Shown: one piece after another, positions 54,906-64,000 of the stretch
Position numbering within the stretch: the first letter of the stretch is position 1
How the letters are laid out: each line of letters begins with the position of its first letter
DNA from: Naegleria gruberi
Lineage: Eukaryota
Direction: 5' to 3' (one strand)
NCBI GenBank assembly: GCA_000004985.1
Contig: GG738866.1
Length of the DNA: 64,000 nt
Made by a program: the position numbers and the translations under genes
Notes under the pieces: generated by a model
Told to the model about the DNA's origin: nothing
The model's database searches: none
Seen by the model: the letters and a program-made list of their open reading frames with translations, nothing else

Positions 54906-55456
54906 AAATTGTACTGAATCGCTGATGTGACTTGATAATGTTTCACAATAGATGAAACACTCCACTTCTTCTTCCTCTTGTAAGGCTAGCCTTTAGTTTC
55001 GCTTTGTATCGCAACAGGAAAGCCTCCAAGTTCAAAAATCAATTCTGGTGTTAAATAATTACAATACTTTTATCGCTTCCTTATTACAAAACAAATGTCA
55101 CCACTTATATCACTACCACCCAAGTTGTGGTTTTCTCACAATCTACGAATTAAAAAAAAATGTGAAAGACAGTTCCAATATTTCAAATATTGAAACTGAT
55201 TTTGAGAAATGTCTCATCATGTAATTCGTATTTAAAATAAGTAAGTGATCATTGTATTCAGCTATATCGTTTTCAATGCAATTGACTTTTTAATGAGTTG
55301 TTACTGAATGACTAGTGCACCATTTTCCTTCTCAACATACAATCTCAAATTACAAATCAATTTGAAAGATAGTTAGATTTATTCAATATATATATACTCG
55401 TGTTGTTTTTGTAAAGAATTGTGTCTAAAAAACCATAATAAATGGCTACTAGTTAT

Positions 55457-56256
55457 TTAAACAATAATGTCAGAACCGAGAGCCTTAACCAAGTTGGCAA
55501 CAGCAGCCATTTGAGAACCTTGCTTGTTAGCAAAGTTTTGACCACTGTAAGCAAACCAATCCCAACACCCATTAGGATTGGAGAACATTTGACCACTTGA
55601 AACTTGTGGATAGACTACAATGATATTACTTCTTTCAGCAACTTCATTCAAACCAGTGTGTTGAACGAATTGTTCTTGAACATAAGAAGCACCTTGCTCA
55701 CAACCGTGGAAAGAAACGTGAATCTTACATTGAGTATTTTGTTGACAAGCAGTTGGAATGTAAATATAACCCTTGCTGTCCATGTCAGTGCCAGAGAAGG
55801 AATTAGATTGGTCATAAGTGAACAAGTTAGAATCTTGAGCCTTACCAACAGTAACGTTACCATAGATGGCACCCAAAACACGTTGACCACCTGGGAAGTT
55901 ACAATTGTTAATCCATGGGCTTTGAGTAATTGAACAATCATTACCATAGTCATTGGTAATCCAAGCGTGACCAGCTGGAACAGTGAAAGTAGCATTAATG
56001 TTAGCAGCAGGAACACCCAACTTTCTATATTGTTCAAAGAGAGCCTTCATGACAGATGGGTTGACAGTATTGTCAGAGGTACCACTGAACATAAAGACTT
56101 TGTGATTCTTAATGTTGGCAATTGGATCAATGACATTTTGAGAAGCATATTGTTGCAAGGTTTGTTGCAAAGAATCCAAATCAATTGGGAGAGCAGCATA
56201 CATACATTGGTCAAAAGCATAGGCCATTTGTCCTTGAGAACAGAAGAATGGACCAC
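55457..56256 (-). CDS. LpqC/PHB-depolymerase-family esterase, exon 2 (joined to exon 1 across a 460-nt intron 56257-56716)
   Basis: After acceptor …caattcaaag, the exon reads GT GGT CCA TTC TTC TGT TCT CAA GGA CAA ATG GCC…, giving …AG-G-GPFFCSQGQMAYAFDQC…. FMFSGTSDNTV is a conserved acid/His region, and …HGCEQGASYV…NPNGCWDWFAY is the family signature. Stop is rc(55457-55459). Confidence 0.55.
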
Positions 56257-56716
56257 CTTTGAATTGTTAAAAGCCAAAATTAAATTCATCACCACACAGT
56301 AACCATTTTCACACAGCACAGTAAGGACAAACAAGAGAATCAATTGAATTTCCAATACATGGAGTAACATATTCAGTGATGGACAAATACAGAGAAATTC
56401 ACGAATAAAGTTTCAATTACATTTTGAGACAGCAGTGAGCAAAAACGCGAAATTCCAAAATATGGACAATTTTCATACAACCCAGACCACATCAAAAAAA
56501 CAGAATCATTCACCATTAAAAAATTGAATCAACACACATTGTCATTCATGTAATTGAAAAGATGACAAAAAGATGACAGTGAGAGTGAAGGAAATGAGAG
56601 AAGGATGTAGGATAAGGATATGAGAAAACATATCATCATAATAGTGAAATAATACGAAATATATTATAATATTCAATTGAATATTTGTTAATCATCATTA
56701 CTAATAACAAACTTAC

Positions 56717-56969
56717 CAGCAAAAACACCAGCACCAACAATAGCAGCAGAATAAGCCATTTGGAATTGAACAGCCATGAAGCCTCCGCTAGAAATACCAC
56801 TAACAGACAATGAATGTGGTTGAATATTAAGTTTTTTAATAACAACATTTGATCTTCCGGCCATTGGTGAAGAAGTCTTTTGGATGTTCAACTTTAAAGC
56901 ACTTGTCATGGATACCACCATCAACAAGACAAGCACGAGAGCAAAAACAGCGAATGATGAAACTTTCAT
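56717..56969 (-). CDS. secreted alpha/beta-hydrolase esterase (LpqC / PHB-depolymerase family), exon 1: signal peptide plus nucleophile elbow
   Basis: ATG rc(56967-56969). MKVSSFAVFALVLVLLMVVSMTSA is a signal peptide. SLSVSGISSGGFMAVQ is a GxSxG serine-esterase motif. The exon ends GCT G at a GTAAGT donor (rc of acttac 56711-56716), phase 1. Confidence 0.6.
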
Positions 56970-57563
56970 ATTTTTTAAAACGTTTTTTTTATGATTTCGC
57001 GTTTGTATTCGTTTTTCGCCATAAATGATGCTTGAATATTCGCTTTGGAAAGAAGAAACAAAGTTATTGGATTGGAAAGAAGATTGTGGAATAAAGGAAA
57101 GAGAAGGTTATATAATATTGTTGGAGATTGATATTTTAACTAATAATATTTATTTTAAAGATATGTTGAACCGGTAGTTAGGAGTTGAAACTCCTGTTGT
57201 GGTTCCCTAAGGACTTATAATCATCAGAAAAGATCACTTATACAGCCTTAATAAAAATGTTCAAATGTATTCTACAAATAATATTCTACAAAACTCTCTT
57301 GCTATTCTATAAAAACATGATACTTCTCATTATAAATTGTAAATTGTTGGGTGAAACTTTTCAAAAAGCGGATGGATCGGTTAGAGGCGATTTGATTTTG
57401 CTAGAATAAGATCAAATTGTTGTGTCATGAAATTACTAGTATTTAATACTGGAGTCATATAGATAGGAGGAATAGTACACCAGAAGGTGTTGAAATCCTT
57501 CCGATATCCTACCACATTAATATCATCACAATTAAAACAAAGATACCGAAAAAAACGATCATC

Positions 57564-57664
57564 ATGAGCAGTAATAATACTACGCACTCACCAGAATCAT
57601 CATCATCTTCTCCTAACGGCAATATTCATCCGATTGCTTGTATTGCTTGTAGAAAAAGCCATCG
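57564..57664 (+). CDS. Zn(II)2Cys6 (Gal4-type) transcription factor, exon 1
   Basis: ATG at 57564. The exon gives …NGNIHPIACIACRKSH + CG, ending at a GTATGT donor (57665), phase 2. Confidence 0.7.
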
Positions 57665-57793
57665 GTATGTATTATACAGAATTAACAATTAATTTAAATA
57701 ATAATGAATAACACTATTAATATTTAAATTAATCGTTAATAATATTACATTACGTTATATATTAATAATACTATTTAAATAATAATTATATAG

Positions 57794-59435
57794 TAAATGT
57801 GACCGATCACTACCAATATGTAAAGAATGTAAATCACGAGGAAGAGAATGTTGCTATCCACCACCCATGAAGAAAGGTCCTCAGCCTAAAACCTCATCAC
57901 CCGAACAACACTCACCTTCTTCATCAGCCTCTTCTCTTGATAAAACCTCTCATCAAGTTTATAATACTTCTTCTTCATCATCATCAATTAAATCAACAAG
58001 TTTATCATCACATAGACACAATCCCTATCAAACAACAACACCTTCATCATTACCTTCCTCTCATTATGACATTTCTAATAATTCATCAGAACCTGCACCA
58101 TTCAATTATCAAATCATTGATTTATACTTTGATGTTGTGAGTGTTGGTTGTCCTGTTTTACAAAGAGATGCCATGTTGATGATTTGTTCGAAAAGACCTG
58201 AGGAAAATTCAAAGGCTGAGGAAGTGGCAATGCTCTATGCTATTCAAGCATTGTGTTATCAAAGATTGGGAAGAAAACTGGAAGGAAGGGCATCTTTCAA
58301 AATGGCAAGAAAATTCCTGTCGGATGTTTTTGACATTTTGGATAATTTTCAAATTGCTGCTACATTTCTATATCTTGCAAATTTTTGTATTGGAGAAGGA
58401 GAACCAAATCAGGCCAAGTATTATTTGAATAGTGTTCAATTTTTCATTGATCAAAATAAGGAACAATTGGCAAATGATGAATTGTTTGGAAATTTGTGTA
58501 AAATGTTCATGTATATTGGATTGTTAATGAAGGAGGATGCTGTTATCTTCTCCAATGATGAAGGTCTTCAAGAAGGGGTTGGCACAGATTTAAAGAAACA
58601 ACTCATTCTTTCAGAGAAGGCTCTTGTAGTCATTTATCAATTCTTTGTCTTTTTCACACAACATATTTCAGATGGTGAGTGTGGAAAGACAGTTCCACCA
58701 TCTACTTCTGAAAGTATTTTACAGGAATACATTCTAACAATCAATAGTCAGGCAATACAATACAATAGATATCAATTGGAGAGCTCTCCAGCCAAATCAA
58801 GTGTTCACAAACTTTTACACTTGTTTATCATTGATGGATTGAGATTGGGAATATTATTGAAATCACCTAATAATGCTGATGACGCTATCATTGAAATTGC
58901 CAACAGAGTCACCAATTATTCCACCTTAATGTACTTTCCTTATTTACCTTCCCATATTATCTCTGTTGTCGCTAATGCAGCAAGAGTTCACCTGGCAATT
59001 GTAAAACAAATACAAAGAAGGGAGCGATTTGATAATGGCGTGGATTACCATGACATTATTAGGAAAGATCACAGAGCTTTAACCATACTCGCTGACAGAT
59101 ATACCATTGCAGAAAACAAGGCAAGAACTCTTGTTAAACAATTACGTGATGAGTTGGTAGAACGTGAAAATCAATTGGCTAGAATGTACCGACAACCAAC
59201 CCAGCAACAATCTCTGCCTCAATATTCTGCCATTGATTTGCCAAATGTAATTCCAAATGATGAGGAATCTTCACAAAGACTTGAAGAAATGCTTGCCAAT
59301 AATCCTGGTATTGATAAATTGCCACCACTTCCATCATCAAATGAGGAGCAAGCATCTAGTCCATTCCTAGATTTTGACTTTTTCACCCCATCCAATAGTG
59401 AGAATTTCTACACTGACCCACAAATGTTACTGTAA
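57794..59435 (+). CDS. Zn(II)2Cys6 transcription factor, exon 2 (rest of the zinc cluster plus fungal-type TF middle-homology region); 129-nt intron 57665-57793
   Basis: After acceptor …ttatatag, the exon reads T AAA TGT GAC CGA…, giving R-KCDRSLPICKECKSRGRECCYPP. The complete cluster is CIAC-RKSHRK-C-DRSLPI-C-KE-C-KSRGRE-C, which is CX2CX6CX6CX2CX6C. The downstream …IIDLYFDVVSVGCPVLQRDAMLM… region resembles the fungal_trans domain. It is in frame with ORF 57867-59435. Confidence 0.7.
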
Positions 59436-59976
59436 ATATCTTCTTAATTAACATTGCTCTTCTTCCGTTTTAAAACATTCATAAATTTACTGTTTCTTTA
59501 TGCAGAAACCGTTACATATACCCCATTACAAAGTGGCCTCTCATGAGTGGGGAAGGTTCATAAATATTTTAACAATGTCCAATTACAGAAGACATAGTTG
59601 CTATTTGCTTAATTTCACCATATACGGACGCTCTGAAGCAGTCCAGTAAGGAGGGAAACTGAAAACAGATCTAGGAAATACTGGTTTTTTGAACTTTGCA
59701 AAAATAACGTTCCCTTCTTGACATTTCATTTTAACACATTTCACAATTAAGAATTATCATTTATTTTCTTTAATACATCTTCTTTTTAAATACTGGTTCA
59801 TCATTTGCTGGAGAGAGGGTTGTACAAAGAGTTCATCCTGCTTCTCTCAAAAGACCATTAAGGTCCAATTCTGATAACAGGGAAGAACTTTTTAGAGCAG
59901 TAATGGTAATACAGGGAGATAGAGAACCAATTTGAATACTTGTCATGAGAAACAACTGGGTAATGAAATACTTAGT

Positions 59977-60639
59977 TTACTCATCTAATTGTAACATGTG
60001 CGCAAAGTCATTCATCATTTCATTCTCAAAGTCTTCCTCTCTCAATATTACTTTCCTTCGTTCAATCTCTTTTCTCTTCCTAATGTACAAGTACAAGCTA
60101 ATAGCAACAATCATTAAACACAGCACCAGCGATCCAACGATAAGCACCAATCCGAGAAATGAAAAGCCAACAATCTTACCAGTAAGATTTTCATGTATCG
60201 TATGTTGATTCTTTCCTTCTCCCTCTTGATTTCCAATGCTCTGTGATACATTGACATTAATCACCGAGCTATTAGAGGTTGATGGTGAAGGAAGAACCTC
60301 CAGCGTTGATCTAGTATTGGCATTCATCATTCTTCTAAGGAAGGTGTTCTCGCTAGAGTTTGTCTTACTGGGTGTTAGGGCAGAGTTGCTACTTGTTCTG
60401 TACCTCAGTGTTGTATCTCTTGTGGACATGGTAATGTAATTGGAGTGAAACGACGAGTATGATGGGGATGAGGATATGATATTCTTCTTCTTCATTGTTA
60501 TGGTCGAGGACATTGAAGTAAAATATTCGCACCTCACACATGTAGAGTGGAATTGTATAAAGAAAAATATTAAGAGCGACATAATTATGATGGAGTGGTT
60601 AAAGTTCCTCTGAGAGGCTTGTAGGGATCCTATCTTCAT
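59977..60639 (-). CDS. small type-I membrane protein with S/T-rich (mucin-like) ectodomain, 220 aa
   Basis: N-terminal hydrophobic segment IIIMSLLIFFFIQF. An S/T/N-rich middle with N-x-S/T sites. A TM helix IVGFSFLGLVLIVGSLVLCLMIVAISLYLYI is followed by a basic stop-transfer RKRKEIERRK. Confidence 0.5.
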   Translation of the reverse strand: MKIGSLQASQRNFNHSIIIMSLLIFFFIQFHSTCVRCEYFTSMSSTITMKKKNIISSSPSYSSFHSNYITMSTRDTTLRYRTSSNSALTPSKTNSSENTFLRRMMNANTRSTLEVLPSPSTSNSSVINVNVSQSIGNQEGEGKNQHTIHENLTGKIVGFSFLGLVLIVGSLVLCLMIVAISLYLYIRKRKEIERRKVILREEDFENEMMNDFAHMLQLDE

Positions 60640-60849
60640 TCTTAGTGTGGGAGGAGGTTATAAATTATTGTTGTTGTGGTTCAGGAAGTTGTTGGTCGTT
60701 GTAGAACCAAAAAATATTAAGGAGGTGGTCTATTGATGTTCTTTAATTTTTTTTTGACGTTAGAAAAAACCTCAAACCACTGTGGTTTCTCTTCTTCATA
60801 AGCATCCAAAAAAAGAAATGTGAAATATTTATTTGGACGTTTTTAAGGG

Positions 60850-62451
60850 TCATTCTTGTGCTCTGATTGCAGAAATTATTGCCTGATTCAGATCGTCTTT
60901 AGAAATTGGCTTGTTGAGGCACGAATCAATAGAGTCCATATTATTAAACTTGTCCATTAGGGCATCAGCCGTTAAGAGAATAATTTTGACCTTATCACCA
61001 TTTGGCAAGGATCGAATCTCATTTGCTGCGTCAATTCCATTAATGATGGGCATGTGAAGATCCGTTACAATTATAGGGTGATACTCCTTCCTGAAGGCCT
61101 CAATCAACTCGAAACCATTGGCACTTGTTGTGATATTTTTGAATCCACCTTTTTGTAATAGTTTTTTAAGTACAGAAAGATTGATAGGATTGTCCTCAGC
61201 AAGTAATATCTTAGTTTCAAAGATATCAATGCAACCTGTAACGGTGACGGAACTCGTGTTTTCCGTAGTGTTGGTTGTTGTGGTCGTAGTGCTTGTAGTA
61301 ATGGATCCCGTAGAATCTTGTAGAGAATGTTTTGGCGAGGCAGTAGTACTGCTCTTTGATTGTCTCTTCTTCATCATGTACAATTCCTTATGGAGGAGGT
61401 GAGTTTTTTGAATTTCGCTATCAATATTATTTAGAGCATTTGGTATGGTGCCCAAATCATCACTCTTCTTAATGTGAGAGTCGAGCAAAATGGTACTGGC
61501 ACCAGAAGATGAGGTCATACTCTCAGTACTCATCGATTGATTCACAATTGGATTTGTTCTGAGGATTTCTTCAATTTGTTTGAGGGAATTCTTCTTCTTT
61601 TTATCAGGAAGTTGGAATGGAATTGAAATGCAAAATGTAGTACCATGATTTGGTGATGGTTCACAAAGGGTTCTATAGCTAATGCCACCTTTCATGTTGA
61701 TAATAATCTTTCTAAGAATGGTCAATCCAAGGCCTGTGCCAATCACACTACCATCACCATTGTGATTGTGACTGGAGAAGGGTTTGAAGAGTAATTTTTG
61801 AATATCCTTCTGAATACCACATCCATGATCGATAACCTTGAAAACAACAGTCTTGATGGTTGGAGTTTCTTGTTGGAGGAGTGTTTGTGCTGATGATTCA
61901 GTACTGGTGGTACTTGTTGGCTCAATGGATAGATCCTTCCTCTTGACTACTACAATTTCCTTAGCGCTTGATCTTCCATCATCAATGATATCTTCTGGAT
62001 TATCATCCTCGAGTACTTCAACTGCGAGGGTAACAACTTGATTTCTCGAAGAAGCCTTAATTGAGTTGGTTAATAAATTGATAAGAACTTGTTGCAAACG
62101 AACACTCTCTCCCAAAACATAGGACGGAAGGAATTTGCTCGTCACAAAATCAATGGTCACATCAAAGTTAGAAGCATACGAGCTGGCAATGCTTCTCACA
62201 TGTTGTAAACAATCGAAGAGGGAAAAGACAGTCTTGTGGTTTTCAACCTTTTCTTCATTAGTTGTATTTTTACCAAGCATTGAATTGGTGGCAATTTCCA
62301 TGTTTGTCTTTTCAAGTTTTGAATATTGTAAAATATCTTCAATCAGGGTTAACAAGATTGAGGAACAACTTCCAATAGTTTTGATGTAATTAATTTGTTC
62401 AGCATTTAGAGTTGTATCCAATAAGAGTTCAATGCTTCCAGAAATACTCAT
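60850..62451 (-). CDS. hybrid sensor histidine kinase, exon 2 (rest of HisKA + HATPase_c + receiver domain)
   Basis: The HisKA continuation is MSISGSIELLLDTTLNAEQINYIKTIGSCSSILLTLIEDILQYSKLE. The ATP-lid has VIDHGCGI (G1) and GTGLGLTILRKII (G2). The receiver is KILLAEDNPINLSVLKKLL…IIVTDLHMPIINGIDAANEIRS…KIILLTADA. Stop TGA rc(60850-60852). Confidence 0.85.
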   Translation of the reverse strand: MSISGSIELLLDTTLNAEQINYIKTIGSCSSILLTLIEDILQYSKLEKTNMEIATNSMLGKNTTNEEKVENHKTVFSLFDCLQHVRSIASSYASNFDVTIDFVTSKFLPSYVLGESVRLQQVLINLLTNSIKASSRNQVVTLAVEVLEDDNPEDIIDDGRSSAKEIVVVKRKDLSIEPTSTTSTESSAQTLLQQETPTIKTVVFKVIDHGCGIQKDIQKLLFKPFSSHNHNGDGSVIGTGLGLTILRKIIINMKGGISYRTLCEPSPNHGTTFCISIPFQLPDKKKKNSLKQIEEILRTNPIVNQSMSTESMTSSSGASTILLDSHIKKSDDLGTIPNALNNIDSEIQKTHLLHKELYMMKKRQSKSSTTASPKHSLQDSTGSITTSTTTTTTNTTENTSSVTVTGCIDIFETKILLAEDNPINLSVLKKLLQKGGFKNITTSANGFELIEAFRKEYHPIIVTDLHMPIINGIDAANEIRSLPNGDKVKIILLTADALMDKFNNMDSIDSCLNKPISKDDLNQAIISAIRAQE

Positions 62452-62558
62452 CTATATTTTTGCATTCAGCAGTGATATATTTGAAATATATTGTTAAATA
62501 TATGATTAGTTTCAAAGGTAGAAAAATATTTGAATCGGGTTATAAAGTTTAAACATAC

Positions 62559-64000
62559 CAATGGAGATCTAAACTCATGAGAAATGGAACTGACAAGTGC
62601 ATTCTTGGAACGATTAGCTTCCTTCAGTTTGCTTGTCATTAACTTCATAGTATTGAGTCTGTTCATTAACTTGTAACTCACCGAATTGAGCATAAAGTTC
62701 AAAACAGTAAGCAAGCAAAAAGTACCAAATGCTTCAACATATCGATTATGGACCACTGACAAAATGATGGCAATACCCACCGAAACAATGTGTTGTGAGA
62801 GGATAACCCACATGATAGCCTCATATGAGTGTACCCTGCAATCCACAAGTGCATTCTGAAGAATAATGTATGAATAATTGTGCACAGTGCTCGAGAGGAA
62901 TCCAATCATTAGCCATCCAACAGTATAATCCTTTGTGCACAACAAAAGTCTAAGGAAGAACACTGCAATATTCACTACAATCATAACTTTGCAAGTGTAG
63001 ACTTCCAACAACCGTTGTTTCTTTGCTGCCAAATAGGAAGCATCTACAGGTGTTCCACTTGAGGAAGAAGAGGATGCTCTCGTGGTGGTGGAGGATGTCG
63101 ACGATGAGCCAACACTTCCAAATCTCCAAAAATCACTTGATGAATAGAATGGAACAGTGTTTGGTTCCTTTTGTCCTTCAGATGTTGATGATGATGGGGG
63201 TAGGGGTGTTGTGAGTGGAATTACACTCTGATCAGAATTGCCACCAACAATATCTTCATGTTCTACAATTTCTCCTAGTGTGGCTGCATCCCTGGATAGA
63301 TGTTTTATGAGCCAAACAACCAATCGTTGTTGTACCAAATTTCTAACATATTTAAAATTGATAACAATGGCAATAATGCATAAAAAGCTCATGCTAATTG
63401 GATAGTCGGTCGAGTAGACAATCAAATAAGCATAACAAAGGAAAAGACAAATCGGAAGGAAGATTTGGTGCAACTTTTCATTCAAGATCATAGCCGAATC
63501 ACCTTGCATAAAGCTTGTATTATTTGATGATTGATTGAGTTGTGGTGAAGTTGCAGAAGGTGGTTCTGTTGGCGAGCCAAAAATACTATTTCTTCTGTCT
63601 TCAATGTTTGCATTGTTACTAATTGCAGGATTATCAGAAACAGACACTCGAACCTTTTTTGATGAAGTTTCTGTTGTTGGTACATTTGTATTATTTCCAG
63701 AGGATTGATAGGTTGATGTTGTTGTAGTTGAAGGGGTGGTAGAAGTATGTACATTGTTAGTAGAAGAAGAATTGTAGTGAGGTGATGTAAAATTAGAGGC
63801 TGATAAAGAGGAAGCCAGTTCGTCAGCATTGATGGTTGCTCCTGTTGTTGTATCAGGAGAGGATTTTCCAGAACTTGATAAACTCTCATTAGAAGAACAA
63901 GTTGATGAAGTGGAAAGGCTATCATTTCCCGAATCCTTTCTATTGGTATTAATACTTGTTGTTGATGTTTCCACTGTTGGTGAATTTCCTCCAACTAATT
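62559..64000 (-). CDS. hybrid sensor histidine kinase, exon 1 (5'-partial; S/T-rich N-terminus, about 6 TM helices, H-box); 107-nt intron 62452-62558
   Basis: The exon ends …ISHEFRSPL (H-box with the phospho-accepting His) at a GTATGT donor, and the intron ends …aaaaatatag. The splice restores the canonical HEFRSPL-MSISGSIELLLDT motif. Predicted TM helices include IFLPICLFLCYAYLIVYS, FLCIIAIVINF, VMIVVNIAVFFLRLLL, GWLMIGFLSSTV, AIMWVILSQHIVSVGIAIILSVV and TFCLLTVLNFMLNSV. The frame is open to the window edge; the M at 63974 is a GTG codon. Confidence 0.8.

Noticed and set aside
63488-63994. Minus-strand 168-aa Q/L/H-rich ORF overlapping the histidine-kinase N-terminus in another frame
   Set aside because: It is an alternate-frame reading of the S/T/N-rich codon repeats of the HK gene. 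The HK frame has clear domain logic and this one has none.
1-64000. Prokaryotic features (operons, CRISPR arrays, RBS, sigma-70 promoters, rho-independent terminators)
   Set aside because: The sequence is eukaryotic, with spliceosomal introns, a U2 snRNA, a cytoplasmic-type tRNA, AT-rich intergenic regions and poly-N/S proteins. No direct-repeat/spacer array of CRISPR type is present; the only periodic structure is the ~1-kb tandem repeat.

Overview
This window is AT-rich eukaryotic nuclear DNA, not prokaryotic. Evidence: compact genes separated by AT-rich intergenic DNA, N/S/T/Q-rich low-complexity protein segments, short AT-rich introns with GTAAGT/GTATGT donors and AG acceptors, TAA/TGA stops, a cytoplasmic-type tRNA, and a U2 snRNA. 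The gene content is a hybrid His-kinase, an AP-5 mu subunit, a fungal-type Zn2Cys6 factor and poly-N/S proteins, with about 35% GC. This fits a social amoeba (non-discoideum dictyostelid) best, but an early-diverging fungus cannot be excluded from sequence alone. Introns and exon joins were worked out by hand and are given as separate CDS segments. 

Layout, left to right:
- 2-183: 3' end of an unidentified gene.
- 841-3780: TPR protein gene.
- 3827-5662 (minus): thioredoxin-UIM-UBA-UBX gene with one intron.
- 6183-6576: a mariner-like MITE with TA target-site duplications.
- 6803-7432: an intact gene whose sequence seeds a ~1-kb tandem repeat family. Degenerate copies lie at 8089-8560 and 9400-9982 and reappear on the far side of the gap at 46960-47560.
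- 10041-10776: a small-RNA cluster (U2 snRNA on minus, divergent U3-like snoRNA candidate, tRNA-Gln-UUG).
- 11059-46783: an assembly gap of 35,725 N. 

Right of the gap lie a 1209-aa C2/coiled-coil/TM protein, an MPPED-like metallophosphoesterase, an AP-5 mu (AP5M1) orthologue with 2 introns, a secreted LpqC/PHB-depolymerase-family esterase with a 460-nt intron, a Zn2Cys6 transcription factor with 1 intron, a small mucin-like membrane protein, and a 5'-partial hybrid histidine kinase with 1 intron. 

More than half of the window is N, so any system hidden there is invisible. The most interesting visible signals are the repeat array and small-RNA/tRNA cluster bordering the gap, the MITE, and the thioredoxin/p97-adaptor fusion. 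The supplied ORF track uses alternative (TTG/GTG) starts for some ORFs, and the giant ORFs across the N-run are artefacts.
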